A stretch of 42,840 bases of DNA from a virus: IMG/VR virus record IMGVR_UViG_3300045988_034730; one strand, written 5' to 3'. Both the position numbers and the translations under genes were made by a program. Below are positions 26,001-35,976 of this stretch, one piece after another; position 1 is the stretch's first letter, and every line of letters begins with the position of its first letter. The notes beneath the pieces are model-generated. The model searched no databases, was not told where the DNA came from, and saw only the letters and a list, made by a program, of their open reading frames with translations.

Positions 26001-29000
26001 AAGCACCGAAGGAAGCTGTAACTGTTGAGGAGCAGACAGAGCAGAAGAAGGAAATTGCCACACAGGAGAAGCCGAAGGGGAATAACTATGTCCTCACGGC
26101 TGAGTCTGCAAAAAGCATTCCTTCCACGCCTGCAACGAGGCTTTCTGCGAACCTTGATGCAGTAAAGACCTTAAAGGACATCATGGCAGGAGACCGTATT
26201 GCGACAGCAGAGGAGCAGACGATCCTTGCGAAGTACACCGGATGGGGCGGCATCGGGGAAGATATGTGGAAGCGCGCGGAAACGGAACTTTCCGGGATTC
26301 TCACTGATGAGGAGCTGAAGACAGCAAGATCGTCTATCACCGATGCGTACTACACGGATCCGGCAATCATTAACGGCATGTATAAGGGCTTACAGTCCAT
26401 CGGTTTCAATGGTGGTAAGCTCTTGGAACCGTCTGCCGGTGTAGGAAGGTTCATCGGTGCAATGCCGTCTGATCTTATCCCTTCCGTTCGCTCTTGGACG
26501 GCTGTGGAGCTTGATACGGTCACGGGTAATATTGCAAAGGCGCTCTACCCGATTGCCGATGTGCGTGTACAGGGCTTCGAGAAAGCGATCCTTGCGAATG
26601 GCTATATGGACGCTGTGGTTGGCAATGTACCGTTTGGTGAGTACGGAGTCACAGATAAGCGCTACCCGTCTGCCATTACATCGAAGATCCACAATTATTT
26701 CATTGCGCGTTCTCTCGACACACTGCGTCCGGGCGGTATTGCCTGCCTTATCACTTCCAGCGGTACGATGGATGCAAAGGGAGAGGCTGCACGGAAATAT
26801 TTCAGCGGACAGGCTGATTTAATCGGAGCAATCCGTCTTCCGAATACCGCATTCAAGGGTACCGGAACGGAAGTAGTGACGGACATTCTGGTATTCCAGA
26901 AACGTGCGGCAAATACTCCGTATCAGGGCGAAGCCTTTCTCGGAACGAGCTGGCAGTATAACACAGGAGATATCAACCAGTATTTTGCCGATCACCCGGA
27001 AATGGTTCTTGGAAGAGCCAGAAGAACAACGGGGCAGTTCGGACGTACAGTCACGACTTACGATCCGCTTGAGGGAAAAGGCAGCTTAGAGGAGCAGATT
27101 ACAAAGGCATTCCAGCACATTGACCGCAAGATGGAATATCCGAAGGTGAATCATCACGAGGAAGCTGTCAAGGCGGTCAAGGAAGCCAGAAACAAGAAGC
27201 AGGGAACGGCGTACAAAAAGGACGGCAAGCTTTATAAAAATGACGGCGGAGTGGAGACGGAATTAAACCTTGAAGCGAAGGAGAAGGCCATCTATGAGGG
27301 AGCTGTTGAGATACGCGACACGGCACGCAACCTTGTGGATGCGATGCTGACCGGAAAGTCTGATGCGGATATTGCAAAGCTCCGTGAACGTCTGAATAAG
27401 CAGTATGATAACTTCACAGCGAAGTACAAGAACGGTTTCCATACGCCTGCAGTCAAAAAAGTCCTTAGGAACGACACGGACTATGCGTTCTTACAGTCCT
27501 TGGAGAAGGTCAAGGATAAGACCGTCTCTAAGAACGATATTTTTACGAGGAACACGGTCAATCAGGCAGTGGATATTACATCAGTCAACACGGTTTCTGA
27601 TGGTATCGAGGTTTCTTTAAATCAGTTAGGATATATTGATTCCCAGAAGATTGCAGACCTGATGCGTAAGCCGAAAGCAGAGGTTGAGAAGGATCTTGAT
27701 ACCGGAGATCTTGCGTTCCGTGACGCAGACGGGAACTTTGTCAGTGCCACTACATATCTTTCCGGTAACGTCCGGGCAAAGCTCAAGGAAGCAGAGATGC
27801 TTGCGGAGGGCAATCCTGAGTACAAAAAGAATGTGGATGCACTTAAGAAGGTTGTCCCGGCATATAAGCATGGAAAGGATATCTCTGTCAATCTTGGTGT
27901 TACATGGATCCCGGCAGAGCTTTACGGGGATTTTGCGTCCGAACTTCTTGGAGGAAATCCAGGGGACGTAACAGTCACATATTCCAAAGTCGGCGGCTAT
28001 GACGTAAAGGTCAATCGTTATTCTCTTTATCGGACAGCGGAGAACACGAAGATGTTCGGTAATAAGTATATGGGATTCCTTTATTCAAACAACAACGACA
28101 GGGGAATGCTTTACAACATTCTTAACAACAGGGATCTCACGGTAAAGTCAACGGATCTTGACGGAAAGAGTGTTCCAAACTTGGAAGCCACGGAAGCTTG
28201 CAAGGAGTTAAAGAACAAGATCACGGACGAGTTCAATAAGTGGCTGTGGAAGGACGAGGGACGGCGCACGCAGCTTGAGGAAGTCTACAATGACAGCTAT
28301 AACGCAATGGCGCGGGCGCATTATGACAGCAAGGTTACAATTCCGGGGCAGACTGCGGATATTCAGCTGCGCGATCATCAGGGGTCCGCAATCAACCGCA
28401 TTGTGCAGTCCCCGTATAATACGTTGCTCCAGCACGGCGCAGGAGCCGGTAAGACCTTCGCGATGATCGGTGCAACAAAGAAACTCCGTGAACTTGGCAT
28501 CGCAAAGAAGCCGGTCATTGTCGTTCCAAAGAACAAGGTCGGTGACTGGATCAACGACTATTACAAGATGTTCCCGACTGCGAATGTACTCGTGGCGGAT
28601 GACACCACATTTACAGCGGCAAACCGGAAGGAGTTCACGAACCGAATTGCCACAACAGACGTGGATGCAGTCATTATCTCTAAAGAACAGTTCCAGAAGA
28701 TTCCAATGTCAGAGGAATATCAGAAGGACTTTATCCAGGAACAGATTGACTCCATCATTGCCATGCAGGAGGAGTTGAAAGCGAATAAGGGTGGTAATCC
28801 GTCTACCACGAGACAGCTTGAAAGCCGCAGGAAATCGCTGCAAAATCGTCTGAATAAGCTGGCAGACGCAAAGCGTGATACCGACAATATCACCTTTGAG
28901 GAGACGGGAATTGACTATGTGTTCGCTGATGAAGCCCAGGCCTATAAGAACCTTGCCTATACGACAAATCTGTCCAATGTTGCTGACATGGGAAAACCGG

Positions 29001-32000
29001 ACGGAAACCAGATCACGTTTGACATGAAGATGAAAACAGATTATGTGCGGAACATGCAGGGCGGTAAAGGCGTTGTGTTTGGCACTGCAACTCCGGTTAT
29101 GAACTCTCCAGTAGAAGCGTATGCGATGCTTCAGTATCTTTGCCCGGAAGAATTGGAGAAGCGCGGTATCTATAATCTGGACAACTTTATTGATATGTTT
29201 GGGCGTATTGAGGGTATCACAAGGCAGGATGCAGTCGGAAGATCATGGATCAACCGGAACTCCTTCACCGGTTTCATCAACATGGGTGAATGGCAGCAGA
29301 TCTGGGGAACCGTTACGGACCGCGTACGGACACAGGACGTGCCGGGAATCAAGCTTCCGAAGATGAAGGGCGGAGACCGTAACGTGGTGATTTGTCAGGC
29401 TGGTCAGAAAGCAAGGGAAACCATCAATGGACTTGCAGACCGGTTAAAGACAGGAGATCGCAAAGGAAAAGACCATATATTCGCATTGCAGAGTGATGGT
29501 AAAAAGGCATCGTTCTCCCAGCGCATGATTGACCCGTCTCTTCCGTATGGTGCGAACGAGAAAGTTCCGACCGCGGTAAATGAAATTTACAAGATCTGGA
29601 ACGAGTCTAAGACTTTTACAGATGTGAACGGCAACACGCAGGAGAACGGCGTTCAGCTTGTATTCTGCGACTATGGTGTGCCGAAAACAGAAAGTAAGAG
29701 CAAGACCACGAGTAGCGTGGAGACCGAAGCGGAAACGGACGAGTCCTACAATCCGAACGAAGAATTTTTCGATTCACGGGTCAATGTCTATCAGGACATG
29801 AAAGACATGCTGATTGAGAAGGGTGTACCGGCAGATCAGATCGCATTCATTCACGATGCGACGAACGACGCAAAGCGGAATGCCCTTTACGAGAAGATCC
29901 GGAGCGGAGAGGTGCGTATTCTCATTGGTTCCGCAAAAAAGATGGGTGAGGGGCTTAATGTGCAGGATCGTGTTGTTGCACTGCATGAAATGAACCCGCT
30001 TGCAAGACCGGGAGATATTGAGCAGGTAGAGGCGCGTGCAATCCGACAGGGAAACCTTTCACCGGAAGTCGCAGTAAATGTCTACGTTACGGAAGATACC
30101 TTCGATACGAAGCAGTGGGATACATTACGGGCAAAATCCCAGTTCATTGACGAGATCACCAGTGGAACGTATAGCGGAAACAACGCGGACTTCTCTTCTA
30201 ATGAATTTGGCGCGTCTGCTGGAGACATTATGGCGGTAGCGTCTGGCAATCCGCTTTTGAAAGAACAGGCGGACAACAATGATAAGCTCCGCAAACTGGA
30301 AGGCTTGAAAAAGCAGTTTGACCGCAGTATCTATGATGCACGTGTGGACTTAGAGCAGACCGAACGCCGTATCCGCAATACCAAAGAAATGCTTCCGAAG
30401 TATGAAGCGGACGCAAAGAAGGTCATGGACCTTACTGGAGATAATTTCAAAGGAATGGTTGGTAAGAAGTCCTTCACGAACCGCGAGGAGTTTGGTGCAG
30501 CACTCATTGTGGCGGCAAAGAAAGCGCAGGTCGCAAGGGCTGACTCCACGAAGGTCGGTTCCATCAGTGGCTTTGACATCTATGCAGGGCATGATGGTGG
30601 CGTGATCCAGCTTGTAGGCGAGGCGTCTTACGGTTCCCAGATCAACCTGTTTAGCTCCAAAGGAACGACTACGATGGTTGTGAACGCTGTGAAGAAGATC
30701 CCGAATCAGCTTAAGAGTGCGCAGACATCTCTGTCTGTGGACGAGGCGAATGTTCCGAAGCTGAAAGCAGTAATCGGTTCGGAGTTTTCAAAGGCAGATG
30801 AGCTGGCGGCAACAAGAAAACGTGCGACAGAGATCGAACAGGAGCTTCTTGCCAATAATGCGGAGGCTGTTTCCGATGCGAAGGAAAGCAGCGAGGGCGG
30901 AGTTTATGCGAGAAAGCTCAAGGCGGCAGGTATAAAGCCGAAAGCAGCGGCAGGTAAGCCGGTCACAGGCAAGAGCGCGGTGCAGGGCTTTATCAGCCAG
31001 ACGAGTGATGCAAGGCCGCAGGATTGGACAGCAGAGAAGAATACGAACAGTACAGCGGAACATGCGAAACCACTTGCGGAGATCATCGGAAAGGCGATGC
31101 ACGATTTCGGAATTAACCTTGATACCGGATATGTCCGTGGTGCTGGCGTAACCGGTCAGTACAACACGAATGACAAGGGATTGAGGACAAAGATTGCCAA
31201 CGACCTTCCGTCTGTGTCTCACGAGTTCGGTCACTGGCTGGATGATAAGTACAATATTCTGAAAGATACGGCGATCCCGAAGGCTGCTGAGGAGGACTTC
31301 CAAAAAGCATTTGAGAAGGAGCCGGGGAATAAGGCGGCGTATGATCCTTCACTTCATAAGATCGAGGGTGTTGCGGAATTTATCCGGTACTATCTCCAGA
31401 ATAAGGACACAGCAGCGATTGACTATCCGGCGGCAACAGAGTATATCAAGAAAAAGATCACCAATCCGACAGAGCTGGCACGTTTTGAGCGGTTCGCGGA
31501 CGAGGTAAACGCATATTATTCCGAAGGTGCAAAGAGTGCGGCAAGTGCTCTGGTGTATAAGGAAAACCGCATCAGTGATTACCGTACAACGAAAGAAAAA
31601 GCGCAGGACGCAGTAGATAAGCGTATACAGGAATGGGTAGATTCCAACCATGCAATCCGGTTACTTGACCGGAAAACAGGTGGAAAAGCGTATGTCATGG
31701 CGTCCAATTCGGCATACTCAGAAGCCCGCGCAAAGCAGATCCTTGAAGGGGACTTACTGGATATCAACGGAAACTACGTCGGTCATGGTTTGAAGTGGGC
31801 ATTACAGGGTATCAATACAGTAAATAAGGAAGAGTACACAGCATTCAACGAGTATCTGACGGTTCTTCACGGTATCGAGTGGATCGAAAACGGCAAGCGT
31901 GTATTTGCTGATGACCGGATGAACAACCGACAGTGGATGGCAAGCCGCGCACTGGAACTTGAGAACGAATATCCGAAGTTCAAAGAAGCAGCAAAGCGTG

Positions 32001-34960
32001 TGTTTGAATTTACCGATCTCTTCACACGCACCTACGGTCTTGGAACCGGACTTATCTCAAAGGATCGTTATCTTGCCATGAAGAAACTGTATCAGCGGTA
32101 TGTTCCGTTCTTCCGCGCTGGATTTAAGAACCGCGGTAATTCTCTTGCGAAAGCGAAGGGAAGCGGACGACAGATTATCATGCCGGTGGACAATATCATG
32201 GATATGGTCAACAAGATGGTTTCCACGGCAACCAGAAACAGCACACTGCTTGAGATCCGTAAGGCATCTACGGAACTCGGAGCAGATGCCACCTTACTCG
32301 AGAGAATCCCGGATCCAAAGGTCCCGAAGCAGATCAACATCAGCGATCTAAAGCAGGAGATTTATGAATCTGCGGGTGACAAAGAAATGTCTGCGGATGC
32401 ACTGGACGTTCTTGACGATGTTCTCGGTACATTGGATGATGTGTATACACAGTTCGAGCTTGGTAAGGCAAACCAGAAAAAAGGGGAAATCTGCATTCTT
32501 GTAGACGGCAAGCCGGAGTTCTGGAAAGTGAATGACGAGCTTCTTCTGGACAGCATCAGCAACATGTCTCCGGGGCATCTTGGGGCAGTCCTTGGCACCT
32601 ATGGGAAGATCACGAAGTTCATGACTGCCAATATCACCGGAAACAACATCATTTGGAGCGCATTCTCCAATGCACCACGTGATTTGCAGACGATGTTCAA
32701 CTATGCGAAACAGACAAAGAACCCGGCTAAGCTTTTTTCTGGAATCGCCAGTGCTTATCTCAACTCTTTCAAAGAGGCTAATGGTAAGGAAGTGTCTCCA
32801 CTTTATCGCGAATACTTGGCAATGGGCGGCGGTAATACCGGCGTATGGCAAGGCAGTGAGAAGTACGCAGCTGACATCCGGAAGTCTTTAAATAGTACTG
32901 GGCTGAATAAGAAGGGCAACGCAGACCACTTCTATAAGCATCCTGTATCAAGCTTCTTCGGGGCGATTTCTGTGCTTTCAGATACCATTGAGCAGGGACC
33001 GCGTTTCGCGATTTACAGCTTATGCAGACAGCAGGGAATGACTCAGCAGGAAGCATTCCACGAAGCAACAGATATCACGGTGAACTTTAGACGCCACGGG
33101 ACAAATTCCAAAGCGGCGAATGCGGTCATTCCGTTCTTTAATGCCGGTATTCAGAGTACGGATAAGACGATCCGGTATTTTACCGGTGAGGATCTGAAAG
33201 GCACGAAATACACGGCGAAGCAGCGCGGCAAGATCATATTCCAGAGATGGGCATTCCTTGCGGTAACGTCTATGATTATGACAGCCATTGAATACGCATT
33301 AAACCATAAGAGCAAGGACGATAAGGAGAACTATAACCAGTTAAGCAACCATGTGAAGAACTCAAACTTCCTTATTCCTCTTGGCAAAGGAAAGTATTTT
33401 GCACTCACGAAATCACATGAGCTTGGAATCCCGTCCTCTGCAATGGAGCGGATACTGGAACTCACGCAGGACGATCAGGATCATGCGTTTGACGATTTTG
33501 CGGCATACGCGACATCGAATTTCCTTCCTTCTATCGTCTCTGATCTTGTGGAAATGCCGTTTAATGTGGCGAGTGAGGGACTTTACGATGCTTCGAAGGA
33601 TGCATTAACTGGAGCAATCAGTTCAACGGGAATCTTCGGCGTTGGCGCTGCGATCAACGCAAACAAAGATTATCTCGGCTCCCCGATTGTCAGCAGTTCT
33701 CTTGAGGGTAAAGTTCCGAAACAGCAGTATACAGCAAGAACGAGTCATGCGGCGTACCTTATGGGACAGTTTTTGAATCTCAGCCCGCAGCAGATCGACT
33801 ACTTTGGTAAGAATGTTCTTGGCGGATACTGGACATACCAGACGGCACTTTTTCCTGTTAATGATGGCAAGGGTGTGAAAGGTAAACGCGACTGGACGCT
33901 GGGAGTTAAGAACACCTATAACAAGGATAATATCTACTCACAGGATCTTGCAAACTGGATGTATGACAAGGCAGATGAATCCTCGATGTACGCGAAGTCT
34001 TACCCGGATAACAAGACGTATCTCTTAGAATCCTCACAGGACAGTGCCATGACAAGTTATTATTCAAGGGCGATGGGTCTTGTAAAGGATAATGCGGACA
34101 GCGCGGAGTACCGGATCGTTAAACAGTCTCTTCTTGACAGCATCAAGACATACCAGAAGAAGTCTGACCGCAATGCATGGACGAGTGCGGAGAAATCCGT
34201 CCAGAACTTTGTGAAGAAAACCGGGAATAAGAATGTGCTTCCGGGTGCTCTCAACACAGAGATTACGGACAGTGAGGGAAAGAAGCATTCCCTTAAAGGA
34301 CGCGAGTACATTCAGTATCAGAAGACTTACGAGCAGGCTTACTGGAAGTATGTCAAGGAACAGTTTACCGGGAAGAAGTTCAGCGATGAGGACGCGGCGC
34401 AGGTGCTGTCAACGATCAAAAAGACCGCGAAAGACGTGGCAGATGCGACAATCCTCAAGCAGAAGGGTGTCAAGGTTGCGAAAAGCTCCTCCGGCTTTAA
34501 TTCCTATAAGAGTGCGGCCAGTGACAAGCTGAAAGCGAAGGATAAGGATGCGAACCTTTCTGCAAAGGATGTTTACAATCTTGCTGTTGATTATGCGAAA
34601 GTAAACGGTCTTGATGCGAAGACAGAGTATTACAATGCGTTGTCTGACGATCAGCAAAAGAAGTACGATGAGTGGGAGAAGTATGGCGGCACGTTTGATA
34701 CCTATGACGAGTATCTCGGCACAAGGGATTTCAAGGCTTCAACATACGAGGAATCCGGCGAATCGGTCAGCGGAAGTAAAAAGTATAAGATTGCGAAGTA
34801 TCTGGTGGAACAGGTGCAGAACAACACTTTAAGTTACAATCAGGCAGAGGTGGCATGGGAACTTTCCGGCTACAATAGTAAGAAGGAAAAGAGTGATACT
34901 CTGGATGATTATTATGGTAGTTCGGAATGGTATAAGTTACAGAATATCCTCGGATATTAA
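23042..34960 (+). CDS. Giant 3,972-aa polyvalent protein, DarB-like. It contains an N6-adenine DNA methyltransferase domain, an SNF2/DEAD-like helicase domain, an HExxH motif and a large domain of unknown function.
   Basis: AAGGAGGAG ribosome-binding site. Methyltransferase motif I LEPSAGVG at about 26426-26446 and motif IV GNVPFG at 26621-26638. Helicase Walker A GAGAGKT at about 28439-28456, DEAQ box at 28927-28938, and C-terminal helicase lobe at about 29920-30060. HEFGH at 31220-31234. Lys-rich and duplicated N-terminal modules, and a Ser/Thr/Asn/Lys-rich linker at about 25790-26080. Confidence 0.85.
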   Translation: MASQFVKNMAQQTKKKKKQQDAAVDALKSRSGKSVTQVEQSLSNKSIQNAAKKVDGTSASKPTPARQLSKPAKKSDDAWNSSVNGGSSSFVKTMAQNQRAHYEEINRNAAVDAMKQRFRNTQNTHTDYNDSFSNDSAVTQKKATASNAQKNRFTYSPSYIHSQKTMAQDNSTLALSDAQKKNMPKNITVKNQNEPNARVVDQSFKNFNPNDPNYSTPADERSYRNTREGAYAYKHPIAGVASHVINNIGSGFEGIAGTAYQAVTGKKLDDQFFKGTYAAQDAQSGVRRRVQDATGGRQDGISTTGENAAGFLTDTGMSILDSAANRALASYFAPGKAGEVGGLALMAGGAAAGQLTDLNQNEKVSGRRAAVDAAANGAFEYLSEKLSWDKLNAFKDMEVSPHNVGEVIKRIAQQAATEGGEEVFSTLADAAADSLILGNEAEYVSQYNAYKGSGMSNGEAMQNVVYNLLKESALSFLGGAISGGVMGSGATVMNYMNAKANQNFTEDELRQTADAIDTSPEAYTREDGTVDTKGLDQAIATSKKLSGYANKLANGDILTLEEQQDIYNGVESTIDRAADAKGVAPVITEDKNLDEMVNDWVEEATAQEEERASSEPISLSSTPEEAKASTQAAIDAINSPVNVVDETAAEPVTESQASPAEQLATELAQESAQGTNENPPEEYMDAQDMEPDTAMSGQADDIVDVNNIVPEDDAPTLPGIEELSNQYTGNVKTSFENGYEGVDILWYDDNMRKVYQAAVKGETLRDLMQNDTDFQKFFSSPYGDAVLPFYDAAYAEGVKTTGGNGYGDLHNNDEVRDEGAVRQPVEVREGDLGGSDPVRAEEVTDDAAGRQPVSDLEEVGGSDVGSVSGSSGRGVSGQRSTGSSAGDQVSDHVGGRDGGVTPPELVQSAQNGVTSDNDQNITTESTQKTEQNVPNTNSGTEETVGNLTNSTNSTSNSTEPSYNSNNSIKEQNKEKDKKPTKKKAEKKAPKEAVTVEEQTEQKKEIATQEKPKGNNYVLTAESAKSIPSTPATRLSANLDAVKTLKDIMAGDRIATAEEQTILAKYTGWGGIGEDMWKRAETELSGILTDEELKTARSSITDAYYTDPAIINGMYKGLQSIGFNGGKLLEPSAGVGRFIGAMPSDLIPSVRSWTAVELDTVTGNIAKALYPIADVRVQGFEKAILANGYMDAVVGNVPFGEYGVTDKRYPSAITSKIHNYFIARSLDTLRPGGIACLITSSGTMDAKGEAARKYFSGQADLIGAIRLPNTAFKGTGTEVVTDILVFQKRAANTPYQGEAFLGTSWQYNTGDINQYFADHPEMVLGRARRTTGQFGRTVTTYDPLEGKGSLEEQITKAFQHIDRKMEYPKVNHHEEAVKAVKEARNKKQGTAYKKDGKLYKNDGGVETELNLEAKEKAIYEGAVEIRDTARNLVDAMLTGKSDADIAKLRERLNKQYDNFTAKYKNGFHTPAVKKVLRNDTDYAFLQSLEKVKDKTVSKNDIFTRNTVNQAVDITSVNTVSDGIEVSLNQLGYIDSQKIADLMRKPKAEVEKDLDTGDLAFRDADGNFVSATTYLSGNVRAKLKEAEMLAEGNPEYKKNVDALKKVVPAYKHGKDISVNLGVTWIPAELYGDFASELLGGNPGDVTVTYSKVGGYDVKVNRYSLYRTAENTKMFGNKYMGFLYSNNNDRGMLYNILNNRDLTVKSTDLDGKSVPNLEATEACKELKNKITDEFNKWLWKDEGRRTQLEEVYNDSYNAMARAHYDSKVTIPGQTADIQLRDHQGSAINRIVQSPYNTLLQHGAGAGKTFAMIGATKKLRELGIAKKPVIVVPKNKVGDWINDYYKMFPTANVLVADDTTFTAANRKEFTNRIATTDVDAVIISKEQFQKIPMSEEYQKDFIQEQIDSIIAMQEELKANKGGNPSTTRQLESRRKSLQNRLNKLADAKRDTDNITFEETGIDYVFADEAQAYKNLAYTTNLSNVADMGKPDGNQITFDMKMKTDYVRNMQGGKGVVFGTATPVMNSPVEAYAMLQYLCPEELEKRGIYNLDNFIDMFGRIEGITRQDAVGRSWINRNSFTGFINMGEWQQIWGTVTDRVRTQDVPGIKLPKMKGGDRNVVICQAGQKARETINGLADRLKTGDRKGKDHIFALQSDGKKASFSQRMIDPSLPYGANEKVPTAVNEIYKIWNESKTFTDVNGNTQENGVQLVFCDYGVPKTESKSKTTSSVETEAETDESYNPNEEFFDSRVNVYQDMKDMLIEKGVPADQIAFIHDATNDAKRNALYEKIRSGEVRILIGSAKKMGEGLNVQDRVVALHEMNPLARPGDIEQVEARAIRQGNLSPEVAVNVYVTEDTFDTKQWDTLRAKSQFIDEITSGTYSGNNADFSSNEFGASAGDIMAVASGNPLLKEQADNNDKLRKLEGLKKQFDRSIYDARVDLEQTERRIRNTKEMLPKYEADAKKVMDLTGDNFKGMVGKKSFTNREEFGAALIVAAKKAQVARADSTKVGSISGFDIYAGHDGGVIQLVGEASYGSQINLFSSKGTTTMVVNAVKKIPNQLKSAQTSLSVDEANVPKLKAVIGSEFSKADELAATRKRATEIEQELLANNAEAVSDAKESSEGGVYARKLKAAGIKPKAAAGKPVTGKSAVQGFISQTSDARPQDWTAEKNTNSTAEHAKPLAEIIGKAMHDFGINLDTGYVRGAGVTGQYNTNDKGLRTKIANDLPSVSHEFGHWLDDKYNILKDTAIPKAAEEDFQKAFEKEPGNKAAYDPSLHKIEGVAEFIRYYLQNKDTAAIDYPAATEYIKKKITNPTELARFERFADEVNAYYSEGAKSAASALVYKENRISDYRTTKEKAQDAVDKRIQEWVDSNHAIRLLDRKTGGKAYVMASNSAYSEARAKQILEGDLLDINGNYVGHGLKWALQGINTVNKEEYTAFNEYLTVLHGIEWIENGKRVFADDRMNNRQWMASRALELENEYPKFKEAAKRVFEFTDLFTRTYGLGTGLISKDRYLAMKKLYQRYVPFFRAGFKNRGNSLAKAKGSGRQIIMPVDNIMDMVNKMVSTATRNSTLLEIRKASTELGADATLLERIPDPKVPKQINISDLKQEIYESAGDKEMSADALDVLDDVLGTLDDVYTQFELGKANQKKGEICILVDGKPEFWKVNDELLLDSISNMSPGHLGAVLGTYGKITKFMTANITGNNIIWSAFSNAPRDLQTMFNYAKQTKNPAKLFSGIASAYLNSFKEANGKEVSPLYREYLAMGGGNTGVWQGSEKYAADIRKSLNSTGLNKKGNADHFYKHPVSSFFGAISVLSDTIEQGPRFAIYSLCRQQGMTQQEAFHEATDITVNFRRHGTNSKAANAVIPFFNAGIQSTDKTIRYFTGEDLKGTKYTAKQRGKIIFQRWAFLAVTSMIMTAIEYALNHKSKDDKENYNQLSNHVKNSNFLIPLGKGKYFALTKSHELGIPSSAMERILELTQDDQDHAFDDFAAYATSNFLPSIVSDLVEMPFNVASEGLYDASKDALTGAISSTGIFGVGAAINANKDYLGSPIVSSSLEGKVPKQQYTARTSHAAYLMGQFLNLSPQQIDYFGKNVLGGYWTYQTALFPVNDGKGVKGKRDWTLGVKNTYNKDNIYSQDLANWMYDKADESSMYAKSYPDNKTYLLESSQDSAMTSYYSRAMGLVKDNADSAEYRIVKQSLLDSIKTYQKKSDRNAWTSAEKSVQNFVKKTGNKNVLPGALNTEITDSEGKKHSLKGREYIQYQKTYEQAYWKYVKEQFTGKKFSDEDAAQVLSTIKKTAKDVADATILKQKGVKVAKSSSGFNSYKSAASDKLKAKDKDANLSAKDVYNLAVDYAKVNGLDAKTEYYNALSDDQQKKYDEWEKYGGTFDTYDEYLGTRDFKASTYEESGESVSGSKKYKIAKYLVEQVQNNTLSYNQAEVAWELSGYNSKKEKSDTLDDYYGSSEWYKLQNILGY

Positions 34961-34964
34961 AAGG

Positions 34965-34990
34965 AGACGGGCGTTTGCCCGTCTTTTTTT
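34965..34990 (+). terminator. Strong intrinsic terminator after the giant gene.
   Basis: Stem agacgggc / gcccgtct with a gttt loop, followed by a T7 run. Confidence 0.8.
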
Positions 34991-35090
34991 GTGCGCAAAA
35001 ATAGGTCGGTCGGTTTTTTCTTCGTCAAAAGATAGAATGATGGCATAAAGCGAAAGCTGACTCACGGGAAAGACCGCGTTGGAGGAATTT

Positions 35091-35960
35091 ATGAAGAAAT
35101 TTTTATTTAATCTCCGTGCATTTGACGGTGAAGGCGGCGGAGCCGCTGCCGGTGCAGGAGCGGGCGCAGGTGCCGCAGGCACATCTCAGGCCGCCGCTGG
35201 GAATCAGGCGCAGGGGCTTGTAGCCTCTGATGGTGAGAACGCCACTCACACGGAACAGAGCATGTCTTTTGACGATTATGTCAAAGCCCACAAGGATGAA
35301 GCGAGCAAGTGGTTTCAGAAACAGTTTAACCGGCGTCACGCCGATTACAACCAGTTAAAATCCAGAGCAGATGCATCAGCACAGGTACTGGATGTGCTTG
35401 CCGCAAAATACAATCTGGATGCAAATGATGTTGATGGTATCGTGAAAGCCTTAAACGGAGATGACTCCATGTTTGAGGAACGGGCGATCGAAGCCGGAAT
35501 GACGGTGGAACAGTACAAACGTTTTTCGGAAGCGCAGGCAGAGAACCGCAGACTGCGTGCCGAACAGCAGCAGTTTCAGCAGACACAGCAGATCCAGAGA
35601 CAGATGGAAGAGTGGGACAGGCAGTCGAACAACTTAAAACAGATCTTCCCGGACTTTGACCTTGACACAGAGCTGGAAAACCCAGACTTTGAAAAGGCTT
35701 TAAGAAGCGGTCTCTCCATTGACCGTGCCTTTTATGCGGTTCATGGTGCTGAAATCACATCCGGAGCGATGCAGTACACCGCACAGCAGGTCCGCCAGGC
35801 AACAGCTGAAGATCTTGCCACACGGAGAAACCGTCCGGTTGAGAATGGATTATCTCCAATGGCATCCGCGAAGGTGACAAAAGATGTGCATAACCTTACC
35901 AAGAGAGAGAGAGCGGAACTTGCGAAGCGCTCCATGAGCGGAGAAAGGATCCGCTTCTAA
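35091..35960 (+). CDS. Scaffolding protein.
   Basis: ATG at 35091 sits after TGGAGGAA. The N-terminus MKKFLFNLRAF-DGEGGG resembles the ribosomal protein L27 / Prp cleavage motif. Long alpha-helical, Gln/Glu-rich body. The position before the major capsid gene is typical. Confidence 0.6.
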   Translation: MKKFLFNLRAFDGEGGGAAAGAGAGAGAAGTSQAAAGNQAQGLVASDGENATHTEQSMSFDDYVKAHKDEASKWFQKQFNRRHADYNQLKSRADASAQVLDVLAAKYNLDANDVDGIVKALNGDDSMFEERAIEAGMTVEQYKRFSEAQAENRRLRAEQQQFQQTQQIQRQMEEWDRQSNNLKQIFPDFDLDTELENPDFEKALRSGLSIDRAFYAVHGAEITSGAMQYTAQQVRQATAEDLATRRNRPVENGLSPMASAKVTKDVHNLTKRERAELAKRSMSGERIRF

Positions 35961-35976
35961 GAGAAGGGGAATTTAT

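Noticed and set aside
23042-34960. Numerous 60-170-aa minus-strand and off-frame ORFs inside the giant gene, for example 30788..31303 and 32348..32851 on the - strand.
   Set aside because: All are fully embedded in a long, motif-rich + strand ORF. None has a ribosome-binding site.
23042-34960. The giant ORF as a tape-measure protein.
   Set aside because: It carries enzymatic motifs (methyltransferase, helicase, HExxH) rather than a long uninterrupted coiled-coil with a lytic domain.
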